Assembly (NCBI GenBank): GCA_037189525.1 | Contig: JBBCJC010000002.1 | Coordinates: 96,001 to 160,000, forward strand | From: Gemmatimonadales bacterium | GTDB lineage: Bacteria > Gemmatimonadota > Gemmatimonadetes > Gemmatimonadales > GWC2-71-9 | Length of the DNA: 64,000 nt | Direction: 5' to 3' | In this document: in pieces, positions 10,359 through 20,925 of the stretch | How positions within the stretch are numbered: the stretch's first letter is position 1 | Layout: every line of letters starts with the position of its first letter | Translations under genes and position numbers: made by a program | Notes under the pieces: generated by a model | The model's database searches: none | Seen by the model: only the letters and a program-made list of their open reading frames with translations | Told to the model about the DNA's origin: nothing

Positions 10359-12017
10359 CTACGCCGTCGCTACGCCGGCGGCTCGTTCGAGCGCGAGCTC
10401 GCGGATCGAGATCTCGCGCATCTCCACCTTACGGACTTTCCCGGTCACCGTCATGGGGAATCCGTCGGAGAATCGGATATACCGGGGAATCTTGAACGTC
10501 GCGATCTGCCCTTGGCAGAAGGCACGAATGTCATCGACGGTGACGTCCGCACCTGGCTTGAGAACGACCCAGGCGCAAAGCTCCTCACCGTACTTCTCAT
10601 CCGGCACACCGATGACCTGGACGTCCTGGATCTTCGGGTGACGATAGAGAAACTCCTCGACTTCTCTCGGGAAGATATTCTCGCCCCCGCGAATCACCAT
10701 GTCCTTGATGCGTCCGATGATATTGACGTAGCCGTCCTCACGCATCACGGCCAGGTCGCCGGTGTGCATCCACCCTGCGGCATCGATCGCCGCGCTGGTG
10801 GCGCCCTCATCGTCCCAGTACCCCAGCATGACGAGATAGCCACGGCTCAGCAGTTCACCGGCGTGTCCGCGCGGCACCGAGCGTCCGGTGTCGGGGTCGA
10901 CCACCTTGCACTCGACGTGCGGATGCACCGCTCCGACCGTCCCAGTACGGCGGTCGAGATCGTCGCTCGCGAGGGTCTGGAACGAGACAGGCGAGGTTTC
11001 GGTCATACCGTAGCAGATGGTCACGTCGCGCATGTGCATCCGGCTGATGACCTGCTTCATCACCTCGACGGGACAGGGGGAGCCGGCCATGATCCCGGTA
11101 CGCAAACTGGCGAGGTCGTAGCGCGCGAACTCCGGATGCTCGAGGGCGGCGATGAACATGGTCGGTACGCCATAGAGCGAGGTGCAGCGCTCGGCCTCGA
11201 TCGCTTCGAGGGTGGCTACCGGATCGAAAGCGGCGGCGGGGTAGACGACCGAGGCGCCGTGCGTCAGCGCGGCCAGGTTCCCCATCACCATGCCGAAGCA
11301 ATGGTAGAGCGGCACCGGCACGCAGATGCGGTCGCGCGCGGTGTACCCGCAGCCCTGACCGACGAAGTAGCCGTTGTTGAGGATGTTGTGATGCGACAGG
11401 GTCGCCCCTTTGGGAAACCCCGTCGTCCCCGAGGTGTACTGGATGTTGACCGGATCGTCGAAGTCGAGCTCGGCTTCCCGCCGGCGCAGGGAGTCGGTAA
11501 ACCGGTCAGCGCCGAGCGCGAGGAACTCGTTCCATCCCTGCATACCCGAGGCGCCTTCGCCGATCAGGACGACTGAATCCATCCCCGGCAGTTCGGGCAC
11601 GACGGAGCGCAGCAGTTCCAGGTAGTCGGTTTGGCGGAACGCCCGAGCGGCAACCAGGACCGACACCCCCGATTTCCCCAGGGCGTAGTGCAGTTCATGG
11701 CGACGATAGGCGGGATTCACATTGACGAGAATCGCGCCAACCCTTGCCGCCGCATACTGCACGACCAGCCACTCGATGCAGTTCCCCGACCAGATTCCGA
11801 TGCGATCACCCTTGGCTACGCCCAGGGCCATGAATGCCCGGGCGGCCCGATCGGCGGCGTCTCGAAGCTCGGCATAGGAGAGACGGACCCCCTGATGTCG
11901 GCTCGCCACGGCCAGGGCATCGGGCATCTCGGTCGCCACGCGGTCGAGTTCCTCACCGATGGTTCGGCCCAGCAGCGGGACGGTCGAGGGACCGCTGACA
12001 TACGAACGAAGCGACAT
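10359..12017 (-). CDS. AMP-binding acyl-CoA synthetase (fatty-acid-CoA ligase type)
   Basis: [47 protein letters not shown]. Confidence 0.93.
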   Translation of the reverse strand: MSLRSYVSGPSTVPLLGRTIGEELDRVATEMPDALAVASRHQGVRLSYAELRDAADRAARAFMALGVAKGDRIGIWSGNCIEWLVVQYAAARVGAILVNVNPAYRRHELHYALGKSGVSVLVAARAFRQTDYLELLRSVVPELPGMDSVVLIGEGASGMQGWNEFLALGADRFTDSLRRREAELDFDDPVNIQYTSGTTGFPKGATLSHHNILNNGYFVGQGCGYTARDRICVPVPLYHCFGMVMGNLAALTHGASVVYPAAAFDPVATLEAIEAERCTSLYGVPTMFIAALEHPEFARYDLASLRTGIMAGSPCPVEVMKQVISRMHMRDVTICYGMTETSPVSFQTLASDDLDRRTGTVGAVHPHVECKVVDPDTGRSVPRGHAGELLSRGYLVMLGYWDDEGATSAAIDAAGWMHTGDLAVMREDGYVNIIGRIKDMVIRGGENIFPREVEEFLYRHPKIQDVQVIGVPDEKYGEELCAWVVLKPGADVTVDDIRAFCQGQIATFKIPRYIRFSDGFPMTVTGKVRKVEMREISIRELALERAAGVATA

Positions 12018-12178
12018 CCTGAACCTCGTGATCGAGGGTTTCCCGGGGAGAATCTAGGTCTTTCCCTGGGAAAATCACCCCTGTCCCTATTGTTCTCCCG
12101 AGAGGGATTTCTTAGATTTTCCCTCGACAGACAGTCCCGCTGGACCTGTAGTAGACCAATTCTCCAAGGAGAAACTCG

Positions 12179-12538
12179 ATGGCTGTAAAGAAGAAGGCTG
12201 CAAAGAAGGCGACGAAGAAGGTCGCCAAGAAGCCGGCCGCCAAAAAGGCAGCCAAGAAGCCGGCACCGAAGAAAGCCGCCAAGAAGCGGACCCCGTCTGC
12301 GGCCTTCATGAAAGCGTTGACCCCGTCGGCGGCGCTCGCTGCGGTGGTGGGCGACAAGGCGCTTCCGCGTACCGAAGTCACCAAGAAGCTCTGGGCGTAC
12401 ATCAAGAAGCACAAGCTCCAGGACGCCAAGAACAAGCGCAACATCAATGCGGATGCGAACCTGAAGGCCGTCTTCGGTGGCAAGGGCACGGTCAACATGT
12501 TCGAGATGACCAAGCTGGTCAACAAGCACCTGAAGTAA
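12179..12538 (+). CDS. SWIB/MDM2-domain protein with Lys/Ala-rich histone-H1-like N-terminus
   Basis: AAGGAG RBS; KKAAKK/KKPAAKK repeats, then AAFMKALTPSAALAAVVG..PRTEVTKKLWAYIKKHKLQD..NKRNINAD..MFEMTKLVNKHL. Confidence 0.93.
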   Translation: MAVKKKAAKKATKKVAKKPAAKKAAKKPAPKKAAKKRTPSAAFMKALTPSAALAAVVGDKALPRTEVTKKLWAYIKKHKLQDAKNKRNINADANLKAVFGGKGTVNMFEMTKLVNKHLK

Positions 12539-12563
12539 GCTCAGCAGTCCTGTACTGCACGAG

Positions 12564-12595
12564 AAGAGGCCGGACGTCTCCGGCCTCTTTGCTTT
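12564..12595 (+). terminator. intrinsic terminator between convergent SWIB and paaK genes (probably bidirectional)
   Basis: AAGAGGCCGGA-cgtc-TCCGGCCTCTT perfect 11-bp stem followed by TGCTTT. Confidence 0.8.
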
Positions 12596-12615
12596 CCCCC
12601 CGGTCGACCATCACA

Positions 12616-13941
12616 CTATCGCAAATCGACGACCCGTTTGGCTTTGCCCGCCGAGCGCGGAATGCCGCCGGGCGGTTCGTGCCGAATCGTGACCGATACG
12701 CCGACGAGCGTCTTGATCCGATGCACCAGCCGATGCGCAGCCTGCGCCATCGATTCCGTCGAGAGACTCGCCTCTCGCGGTTCGACGACGATAGCGAGCG
12801 TATCGAGACGACCGTCGCGCCGCAGCTCCAGCAGGTAGTGAGGCGCATAGACGCCCGCCTCGAGGATCAGCCCCTCGAGCTGCGAGGGAAACACGTTGAC
12901 GCCGCGCACGATCAGCATGTCGTCCGAGCGGCCGCCGATGCGTCCCAGGCGGCGCATGCTGCGTGCGGTTCCGGGTAAGAGGACCGAGAGATCCCGGGTC
13001 CGGTAGCGCACCATCGGCATCGCTTCCTTGGTGAGCGAGGTAAAGACCAGCTCACCCGGCGTTCCGTCGGGAAGCACCGCGCCCGTGTCGGGATCGATGA
13101 TCTCCGGATAAAAATGATCTTCCCAGATGACGAGACCGTCTTTGGTCTCGACACATTCCGACGCAACACCCGGACCCATCACCTCCGACAGACCGTAGAT
13201 ATCCAGCGCATCCATCCCGAAGTTCGCCTCGATCTCGCTGCGCATCGCCTCGGTCCACGGTTCGGCGCCATGGATGCCGACCGCGAGCGACGACGACGCG
13301 GGGTCGATGCCCAGCTTACGGAACTCGTCGGCGATCACCAGCGCGTACGACGGCGTACACATCAGGATGTCGGGCCGAATATCCCGGATGAACTGGACCT
13401 GCTTTTCGGTCTGTCCACCCGACATCGGCACCACGGTGCAGCCGAGCCGTTCGGCGCCGTAGTGCGCACCGAGCCCGCCCGTGAAGAGGCCGTATCCGTA
13501 CGCCACGTGGACCAGATCGCCGGCACGACCGCCGGCCGCCCGAATCGAGCGGGCCACCAGGTCGGCCCAGTGCTCGAGGTCCCGCTGAGTGTATCCGACC
13601 ACGGTGGGCTGGCCGGTGGTGCCGGACGAGGCGTGGAGCCGGGCGACCTGCTCCCGCGGTACGGCAAAGAGGCCGTAGGGAAAGGTTTCCCGCAGATCGG
13701 CCTTGGCGGTGAAGGGGAACCGGGCCAGGTCGTCCAGCGTGCGGCAGTCGGTCGGGTGAACGCCGGCCGCTTCACACTTGGCCCGGAAATGGGGGACCCG
13801 ATCGTAGCTCCGCGTCAGCGTCCACTGCAGCCGTTCGAGCTGCAGCGCGGCGATCTCGTCGCGGCTGGCCAGTTCGATCCGGTCGAGCGCGTCGCGGGGA
13901 GGCGCGCCGCGGCGTGGCTTCGGAGCGCCGGGCGCCGTCAC
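12616..13941 (-). CDS. paaK: phenylacetate-CoA ligase
   Basis: HASSGTTGQPTVVGYT, YGYGLFTGGLGAHYGAE, DIYGLSEVMGPGVA, GRSDDMLIVRGVNVFPSQ, GKAKRVVD. Confidence 0.93.
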   Translation of the reverse strand: MTAPGAPKPRRGAPPRDALDRIELASRDEIAALQLERLQWTLTRSYDRVPHFRAKCEAAGVHPTDCRTLDDLARFPFTAKADLRETFPYGLFAVPREQVARLHASSGTTGQPTVVGYTQRDLEHWADLVARSIRAAGGRAGDLVHVAYGYGLFTGGLGAHYGAERLGCTVVPMSGGQTEKQVQFIRDIRPDILMCTPSYALVIADEFRKLGIDPASSSLAVGIHGAEPWTEAMRSEIEANFGMDALDIYGLSEVMGPGVASECVETKDGLVIWEDHFYPEIIDPDTGAVLPDGTPGELVFTSLTKEAMPMVRYRTRDLSVLLPGTARSMRRLGRIGGRSDDMLIVRGVNVFPSQLEGLILEAGVYAPHYLLELRRDGRLDTLAIVVEPREASLSTESMAQAAHRLVHRIKTLVGVSVTIRHEPPGGIPRSAGKAKRVVDLR

Positions 13942-15440
13942 GCTTCCCCCCGCGCCAACGGTGGCAGGCGATCGAACCAGGGTCGAGCCTGTTCCAACTG
14001 GCCTGCCAGTCGAAACAGCACCTGCTCTTCACCGAGCCGAGCGACACACTGAATTCCGATCGGCAGCCCTTCATCGTTCCACGCGAGTGGTACGCTCATC
14101 CCGGGCTGTCCGGTCGCGTTGAATACGGGCGTGAACGGGATGGCGTCGAACACCTGCCCCGCCATCTGCTCCAGCAGGCCTGCCGCCCGAATCAGCCGGC
14201 CGGACCCCAACCTGCCGAGCAACTCCACCAGCGTCCGCTCCCAGGGCTTGGGCTGCAGCGCTCCAATCGGGAACGGAGGTACCGCCAGGGTCGGGGTCAC
14301 CAGCACGTCGTACCGCTCGAAAAACCGCCCCACGGTTCTGGCCGTCGTGCCCAGGTATCGCAAAGCGCGGGACAACTGTTCGGCCGTCATCGCACCGCCG
14401 AGCAGTGTGATCGCCCAGGTTTCGGGCTCGAGATCGCCGGCCTTGGCCCGCCGTCCCAATTCGACTTCGGCCTCCCGCAACTCCGCCGCCGTCTCCGCCG
14501 CCACCATCGAAAGGAATGCCAACGAGAAGGCTCGGCCATCGATCTCCGGCGCATCCTCCGTCACATCGTGACCGAGATCGGCGAGCAGCGCCGCGGCATC
14601 CTCGAGCGCGGCCCGGCAATCGGGGTGAACCGACCCGCCGAGGAATGGGTGGGTCGTTACCGCAATGCGGAGCCGGCCGGGAGCGCGTGACACCTCATCC
14701 AGGAACGGCCGCTCGGGATCGGTGATGAGATACGGCGCGCCGGGATCGGCGCCGTGAATCGCGTCGAGAACGGCGGCGCTGTCACGCACCGAACGGGTCA
14801 GCACGTGTTCGACCACCGCGCCATGCCAGTATTCTCCCGCATCGGGACCGGTCGGGACGCGGCCCCGGGAGGGCTTGAGTCCGAACAGGCCGCAACACGA
14901 CGCGGGAATCCGGATCGAGCCACCGCCATCACCACCACTCGCAATCGGGACGATCCCCGCCGCGACCGCAGCCGCAGAACCGCCACTCGAACCGCCGCTG
15001 GTGCGGGAGAGATCCCATGGATTCCGGGTCGGGCCGAACAGCGCCGGCTCGGTGTACGGCGTCAAACCGAATTCCGGCGTGTTGGTCTTACCGAAGGTGA
15101 CGAAGCCGGCCCGACGGTAACGATGCATCAGTTCCGTGTCGTGATCGGACACATAATCAGCGAGAAACTTGCTCCCGGCACACATCGGTTCGCCGCGGAC
15201 GGTTTGCCCCAGATCTTTGACCAGAAAGGGCACCCCGCCAAAGGGACCGTCGTGGTTCGGATCCGCCGCTTCCGCCCGCGCCGAACGCTCCATCCGATGG
15301 ACTACCGCGTTGAGCATCGGATCGAGCGCATCGAGGCGCGACAACGCGAGTTCCAGCAATTCCCCGGAGGTCACCTGCCCCGAGCGTACCAACTGCGCCA
15401 GGCCAAGCCCATCGTGGGACAGGTATTCCGTCAGATTCAT
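13938..15440 (-). CDS. amidase-signature family amidase
   Basis: [38 protein letters not shown]. Start placed at MNLTEY (alternative 15473); GTGA overlap with paaK. Confidence 0.92.
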   Translation of the reverse strand: MNLTEYLSHDGLGLAQLVRSGQVTSGELLELALSRLDALDPMLNAVVHRMERSARAEAADPNHDGPFGGVPFLVKDLGQTVRGEPMCAGSKFLADYVSDHDTELMHRYRRAGFVTFGKTNTPEFGLTPYTEPALFGPTRNPWDLSRTSGGSSGGSAAAVAAGIVPIASGGDGGGSIRIPASCCGLFGLKPSRGRVPTGPDAGEYWHGAVVEHVLTRSVRDSAAVLDAIHGADPGAPYLITDPERPFLDEVSRAPGRLRIAVTTHPFLGGSVHPDCRAALEDAAALLADLGHDVTEDAPEIDGRAFSLAFLSMVAAETAAELREAEVELGRRAKAGDLEPETWAITLLGGAMTAEQLSRALRYLGTTARTVGRFFERYDVLVTPTLAVPPFPIGALQPKPWERTLVELLGRLGSGRLIRAAGLLEQMAGQVFDAIPFTPVFNATGQPGMSVPLAWNDEGLPIGIQCVARLGEEQVLFRLAGQLEQARPWFDRLPPLARGEA

Positions 15441-15499
15441 CCGTCCCGCCAGATCCTTCCGGTAGTCGTGCACGCGAGCCGCTCTGCCGACCCCATCGT

Positions 15500-17179
15500 T
15501 CAGTGTCCCGCGGCCATGCCGTCTTTGCGCGGATCCGATGCCGCGGCGTACCCCTTCTCGAGGCGAATGATGGCCTGCGCACCTCCCGCCGAACCCCGGA
15601 CCAGGTCGATGACGTCGTGACCTCGCCGTTTGAGTTCGGCCCGGACCGACTCAGGGATAGGACCTTCCAGACCGACCCGCACGCCGGCGAAGTGCCGGAA
15701 CCGGGCCTGATCGATCGCTTCCTGCAGATCCATCCCGAAGGTGAGCAGGTTGAGGAGGACCTGGACATGCCCCTGCGCCTGGATCGCGCCACCCATCACG
15801 CCGTAGCTCATCCACGGAGTCTCGGTTCCGTTCGCGCCAACCTTCGTCACGAAGGCGGGAATGATGGTATGGAACGGACGGACGTTCGGCGCCAGCGTGT
15901 TGGGGAATCCCTCCTCGAGCGTGAACCCGCCCCCGCGGTTGTGCAGGATGATGCCCGTCCCGGGGACGACCACACCGGAACCAAACTCGGAGTAGATGCT
16001 GTTGATGAACGACACCATGTTGCCGTCGCGATCGGCGGCGGTGAGATAAATCGTCTCACTCGAGGTCATCGCGGGGCCGGGATCGACCTGCGATGATGCG
16101 CGGGCCGGATCGAGCCGCGCCCGGCGTTGCGCAATGAATCCGTCCGACAGGAGATACTCGGCCGGCACCTTCATGGTCTTGGGATCGCCCACGAACTTCG
16201 CCAGGTCGGCATATGCCAGCTTCTTGGCTTCGATCAGGTGGTGGAGATAGTCGGCGGAGTTGTGCCCCATGGCCGCCAGATCGTACGGCTCGAGGATCCG
16301 CAGCATCTCGAGCGCGGCAATGCCTTGTCCGTTGGGAGGCAGCTCGTAGAGCCGATGCCCCTTGAACGGCACCGACATCGGCGTGACCCAGTCATTGGTA
16401 TGGCGCTTCAGATCCTCGACCGTGATGAACCCGCCCAGTTCCTGCACCCGCCGAGCGATTTGCGCACCGAGCGAACCACCGTAGAAAACACCGATCCCTT
16501 CCTTGGCAATCTGACGGTAGCTGCGCGCCAAGTCAGGAAGGGTGACCCATTCGCCGGCTTTGGGAGCAACCCCGCGAGGCAGAAAGGCCGCGCGGCCCGC
16601 TTCATCGAGCGTGCTTGCCGACTCGGCCCAATCGTCGGCAATCACGGGCGTGACCGGAAAGCCCTGCTCGGCAATCCGAATCGCGGGCTCGAGCGCCTGC
16701 GCCAGCGTCAGCGTCCCATGCTTCGCGAGGAGGTCGTGCCAACCGGCCAGCGCGCCGGGAACGGTCACGAGTTCGGCACCGGTCGTCGGCATGGAGGTAC
16801 GACCGCGGTCCAGCATCGTCTTTCGCGAGGCGAGCGACCCGGAACGGCCGCTGGCGTTGAGTCCGACGAGCCGACCTTCTTTGGCCGACCAGTACAGCGC
16901 AAACAGGTCGCCGCCTGCGCCAGTCATCATCGGCTCCACCACCGTGAGGACGGCGGCGGCCGTGACCGCGGCATCGATGGCGTTGCCACCACGTTCCAGG
17001 ACGGCGAGCCCGGCCGTCGTAGCCAACGGATGACTGGTGGCCACGGCGCCGTTGGGAACGTAGACGGTTGATCGGCCAGCCATCGACGGCTTGCGGGCCT
17101 GGGCCGCGACATCGGTCGAGTCACCGAACAGCATGAGACCTCCCACCACGAGGCTGCAGAGAAATCGGACCTGACGCAT
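15500..17179 (-). CDS. ggt: gamma-glutamyltransferase family protein
   Basis: GGNAIDAAV, TVPGA, ELPPNGQG, SSE-TIYL (Thr nucleophile), HNRG, RPFHTIIP, GVMGG, SDPRKDG; AAGGAG RBS; signal peptide. Confidence 0.93.
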   Translation of the reverse strand: MRQVRFLCSLVVGGLMLFGDSTDVAAQARKPSMAGRSTVYVPNGAVATSHPLATTAGLAVLERGGNAIDAAVTAAAVLTVVEPMMTGAGGDLFALYWSAKEGRLVGLNASGRSGSLASRKTMLDRGRTSMPTTGAELVTVPGALAGWHDLLAKHGTLTLAQALEPAIRIAEQGFPVTPVIADDWAESASTLDEAGRAAFLPRGVAPKAGEWVTLPDLARSYRQIAKEGIGVFYGGSLGAQIARRVQELGGFITVEDLKRHTNDWVTPMSVPFKGHRLYELPPNGQGIAALEMLRILEPYDLAAMGHNSADYLHHLIEAKKLAYADLAKFVGDPKTMKVPAEYLLSDGFIAQRRARLDPARASSQVDPGPAMTSSETIYLTAADRDGNMVSFINSIYSEFGSGVVVPGTGIILHNRGGGFTLEEGFPNTLAPNVRPFHTIIPAFVTKVGANGTETPWMSYGVMGGAIQAQGHVQVLLNLLTFGMDLQEAIDQARFRHFAGVRVGLEGPIPESVRAELKRRGHDVIDLVRGSAGGAQAIIRLEKGYAAASDPRKDGMAAGH

Positions 17180-17241
17180 GCAGTTCTCCTTGAAGTCCGT
17201 CCAATCTACATCGCGCCACGAGGGGCGACTATCGTTCCCGG

Positions 17242-18255
17242 ATGACCGACGAGACCGCGCTCGAACGTGAGCTGTCAGACCCGACCCCGGAAGTGATCGA
17301 CGCGATGCGTGGCATCCAGGGCGACATCCTCATCCTTGGCGCCGGCGGGAAGATGGGCCCGACCCTAGCGCAGCTGGCGGTGCGCGCCGGTGCCGCCGCG
17401 CAGAGTCCGCGGCAGGTCATCGCCGTGGCCCGGTTTGGCAATCCGCGCGCGCGTGCAGCGATCGAAGCCGCCGGTGCCCGATGCATCTCGGCCGACTTGC
17501 TCGATCTCGATCGGCTGGCCGACCTGCCCGATGCACCGAACGTGATCTTCATGGCGGGCCAGAAATTCGGGACGACCGGCGACTCGGCGGGCACCTGGGC
17601 CACCAACGCCCTGCTCCCCGGCCTGGTGACCCACCGGTACCGCACCGCCAGGTTCGTCGTCTTCTCGACCGGCAATGTCTATCCCTTCTGGCCCTCGACG
17701 AGCGAAGGCCCCACGGAACAGGACCCGGTCGGCCCCATCGGCGAGTATGCCCAGTCGGCGCTCGCGCGAGAGCGGATTTTCGAGTATGCTGGCGAGAGGT
17801 ACGGCACCCGGAGCGCGATCCTCCGGGTGAACTATGCCATCGAACCCCGCTACGGCGTGCTGCGAGACATCGCCGACCGGGTCCGGCAGCGCGAACCGAT
17901 CGACCTCGCCATGGGTCGGGTCAACCTGATCTGGCAGCGCGACGCCAACGCGATTGCCCTTCGCGCGCTCGAACACGCGGCGGCGCCGCCGTTCGTGCTC
18001 AACGTGACGGGGCCGGCAGTCTCGGTCCGCTCGCTGGCGGAACACTTCGGGGCCCGATGGAATATTGCCCCGCTATTTCGGGGCACTGAAGAGCCATCGG
18101 CACTGTTGTCGAATGCGACACTGATGGAACGTGTGTTCGGGCCGGCCCCGGTGAACGTCGAGACGATGATCGACCGGATCGTGGACTGGGTCGACGGAGG
18201 CGGGCGCTCGCTTGGCAAGCCGACCCGCTACGAAGAACGAAGGGGAGCATTTTGA
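17242..18255 (+). CDS. NAD-dependent epimerase/dehydratase family protein
   Basis: ILGAGGKMG Rossmann motif, MAGQKFG, FSTGNVY, GEYAQS, LRVNYA. Confidence 0.85.
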   Translation: MTDETALERELSDPTPEVIDAMRGIQGDILILGAGGKMGPTLAQLAVRAGAAAQSPRQVIAVARFGNPRARAAIEAAGARCISADLLDLDRLADLPDAPNVIFMAGQKFGTTGDSAGTWATNALLPGLVTHRYRTARFVVFSTGNVYPFWPSTSEGPTEQDPVGPIGEYAQSALARERIFEYAGERYGTRSAILRVNYAIEPRYGVLRDIADRVRQREPIDLAMGRVNLIWQRDANAIALRALEHAAAPPFVLNVTGPAVSVRSLAEHFGARWNIAPLFRGTEEPSALLSNATLMERVFGPAPVNVETMIDRIVDWVDGGGRSLGKPTRYEERRGAF

Positions 18256-18259
18256 TGCG

Positions 18260-19324
18260 ATGGGAATGTCAAACCAGGTGACCGCGCTTCGCACTGCCCT
18301 GCTCGAAGGTGGTGTGATTCCGGCCCATCCCCTGGCACTGACCAGGACCGGCAAGCTCGACGAGCGACACCAGCTGGCCTTGACCCGCTACTACGCTGAC
18401 GCCGGTGTTGCAGGAGTCGCAGTCGGTGTCCACACTACACAATTCGCGATTCGCCGGCGCGGTATCGACCTCTACGGCCCCGTCCTCTCTCTGGCCGCCG
18501 ATGTGATCCGTCGCCGGAAACAAACCGGCCGATTCATCGGCATTGCGGGCATCGTGGGCGATACCCGCCAAGCCGTCCACGAAGCGACCGTGGCCCGCAC
18601 ACTTGGCTATGACGCCGGCCTGCTCAGCTTGGGCGGGCTGGACGACTGGACCGACACCGCCCTCATCCGACATGCCCGCATCGTAGGGGAAGTGCTTCCG
18701 ATCGTCGGCTTCTACCTGCAGCCGGCCGTCGGCGGACGCCAGCTGGGCTACGGGTTCTGGCGCCGGTTCGTGGAGCTCGAGGCGGTGGTTGCCATCAAAG
18801 TCGCCCCATTCGACCGGTACGCCACGATCGATGTGGTGCGTGCCGTGGCCGAATCGGGCCGAGCCGGCGAGATCGCGCTGTACACGGGCAACGACGACGC
18901 CATCATCTCCGATTTGACGACGCCGTTCTGGCTCCGGGACAACCGCGGCGAGTGGCAGACCATCCGCATGCGGGGAGGGCTGCTGGGGCATTGGGCCTAC
19001 TGGACCCGCCGGGCGGTTGAGCTCGTCGATCGATGCCGCGAAGCGGTCGACCAGATCCCCGCCGACATTCTGGCGCTCAGCGCAGCCACGACCGATGCCA
19101 ATGCAGCCATCTTCGATGCCGCCAACGGATATCGGGGGTGCATTCCGGGGATCCATGAGGTCCTGCGGCGGCAGGGACTCCTGGCGACCACGCGATGTCT
19201 CGATGCAGAGGAGCGTCTCTCACCCGGTCAGCGCCGCGAGATCGATCGCGTGCTGACCACATATCCGTTCCTGACCGACGATGCGTTCGTCGCGGAGCAC
19301 CTCGATCGCTGGCTCGATCACTGA
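18260..19324 (+). CDS. dihydrodipicolinate synthase/N-acetylneuraminate lyase family aldolase-like protein
   Basis: VIPAHPLAL, GVAVGVHTTQF, FYLQPAVGG, VAIKVAPF (Schiff-base Lys position), YTGNDD; starts 4 nt after the epimerase stop. Confidence 0.82.
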   Translation: MGMSNQVTALRTALLEGGVIPAHPLALTRTGKLDERHQLALTRYYADAGVAGVAVGVHTTQFAIRRRGIDLYGPVLSLAADVIRRRKQTGRFIGIAGIVGDTRQAVHEATVARTLGYDAGLLSLGGLDDWTDTALIRHARIVGEVLPIVGFYLQPAVGGRQLGYGFWRRFVELEAVVAIKVAPFDRYATIDVVRAVAESGRAGEIALYTGNDDAIISDLTTPFWLRDNRGEWQTIRMRGGLLGHWAYWTRRAVELVDRCREAVDQIPADILALSAATTDANAAIFDAANGYRGCIPGIHEVLRRQGLLATTRCLDAEERLSPGQRREIDRVLTTYPFLTDDAFVAEHLDRWLDH

Positions 19325-20091
19325 CGCTGAAAGCGCCGAGCATTGCCTGCTTCGATGGCCTGGCGGACCTCGCGGGACGTCTCCAGCAGTTCGAGCTTGG
19401 CCACGCTCGACTCGGGAATCCTGAGCGGCATCCCGGTCCCGAAGCAGAATCGCTCCGCACCAACCGTGCGTACCAGGTGCTCGAGATCATCCTGGGGCGG
19501 CCCCCAGAGCCAGCAGATATCCCACAGCACCCGCGCCGCCTCGTCGGGGGTCGAACCGTAGTGGATCTGCTCGACACAGTCCCGGTCGGCGTGGGTCACG
19601 ATGAAACGCGCGCGATCGTTTGACCGAACGAGTCCCCTGATCATGGCCGCCGTCAGGTCGGCACTCCCGTCGTTCGGATGGCGCTGTCGCCCATCCTCCA
19701 GCTTGACCGCCAGGATGATCGGCAGGCCGAGACGGCCGGCCTCCGCCGTAACGGCCGCAACCTCCCCACCAAGCGGCGACACACCATAGAATAGCGGATC
19801 GACTCGCACAGCGGGGGCTCCGCGATCGCAGGCCTCCGCCAGAATATCACGCCAGCCGTCGAGGCCGGGATGCACTGCCGGAACCGGCTTGAGACGATCG
19901 TGCGCCGCTGCGATCCGGTACAGCGTCTCGTTGCCTTCGGTAGGATCGCGCCAGAATACGGCGGGCAGGTTGCCCACCCAGGCCTCGTCGATTCCCGTGC
20001 GGTCCATGGCGCCGAGCAACTGCTCCGGCGCGCCACCTTCGATGCGCCGGAAGGGGTAGTGCCCGACGAAGGCATTGACGTCGATGCGCAT
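19318..20091 (-). CDS. amidohydrolase_2-fold protein with degenerate metal site
   Basis: IDVNAFVGHYPF, MDRTGID, VGAERFCFGTGMP. Confidence 0.75.
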   Translation of the reverse strand: MRIDVNAFVGHYPFRRIEGGAPEQLLGAMDRTGIDEAWVGNLPAVFWRDPTEGNETLYRIAAAHDRLKPVPAVHPGLDGWRDILAEACDRGAPAVRVDPLFYGVSPLGGEVAAVTAEAGRLGLPIILAVKLEDGRQRHPNDGSADLTAAMIRGLVRSNDRARFIVTHADRDCVEQIHYGSTPDEAARVLWDICWLWGPPQDDLEHLVRTVGAERFCFGTGMPLRIPESSVAKLELLETSREVRQAIEAGNARRFQRQ

Positions 20092-20094
20092 GCG

Positions 20095-20892
20095 TCAGAC
20101 TCCGAAGCTGCCGGGTGGAAAGATGCCGACCGCGTTCCGCCAGGCGACCTGCTCGAACTGATCGCCGGGCAGCAGGTGTTCGAGGTATCGCAGCTTGGCC
20201 CAGCCGGTACACAGGGTGAGATCCGCCCCCCAGAGCAGCCGGCCCGTGCCGACCGCCCGCACGCAAGCTTCGAGCATTCCGCCATCGACACCGCTACCGG
20301 ACAGATCGACCATGATGTTGGGCACCGCCCGCACAGCGTGCAAGCTGTGCAGCCAGTCGCCGCCGCCACCGATGTGTGCCAGGATGAAGATGGCGCCGGG
20401 ATGACGCCGAGCCAGGCGCGCGAGTTCGCTCGCGTCCGACGCCTCCTGGCCGGGCCAGTCACGCCGGCGATTCTGCCAGATGTGGTGGAGCACCGGCAAG
20501 CCACGGCGCGAGGCATCGGCCGCGATCGGATCGAGCAACGGGTCGTCGGCCCGCCGACTGGCCGCGAGTTTGACCCCGATCATGCCGGCAGCCGCGCATC
20601 GCTCGATGGCCGCCAGGGCGTGATCGGTATAGTTGGGATTGAGGCAGACGTACCCTTTGATCCTGGTCGGATGGGCTCGGGTCAGGTCGACCAGGAACTC
20701 GTTGGCGATATCGAGGTCACTCTTCGAGGGAAAATAGGTGGGCGATGTGTGCCCCCAGCTGCCCAACACGGACGCGACGTGCCAGCTCACTCCGATGCGG
20801 TCGCCGGCGGCCAGGCGACTCGCGTTACGCGCCGGACCGTCGAGGCGGCCCGACTCCCGGTGATAAAAGTGTGCGTGGACGTCAATCAACAT
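20095..20892 (-). CDS. amidohydrolase_2 family metallohydrolase
   Basis: IDVHAH, GVKL, PVLHH, ILAHIGGG, RLLWGAD. Confidence 0.87.
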   Translation of the reverse strand: MLIDVHAHFYHRESGRLDGPARNASRLAAGDRIGVSWHVASVLGSWGHTSPTYFPSKSDLDIANEFLVDLTRAHPTRIKGYVCLNPNYTDHALAAIERCAAAGMIGVKLAASRRADDPLLDPIAADASRRGLPVLHHIWQNRRRDWPGQEASDASELARLARRHPGAIFILAHIGGGGDWLHSLHAVRAVPNIMVDLSGSGVDGGMLEACVRAVGTGRLLWGADLTLCTGWAKLRYLEHLLPGDQFEQVAWRNAVGIFPPGSFGV

Positions 20893-20925
20893 GCTCGCCC
20901 TTTGGCTGCGTCGAGCGGTTCGCGG

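Noticed and set aside
12112..12525. Hydrophobic minus-strand ORF (FLAAFF repeats) resembling a membrane protein
   Set aside because: Mirror of the AAG/GCC-rich SWIB gene.
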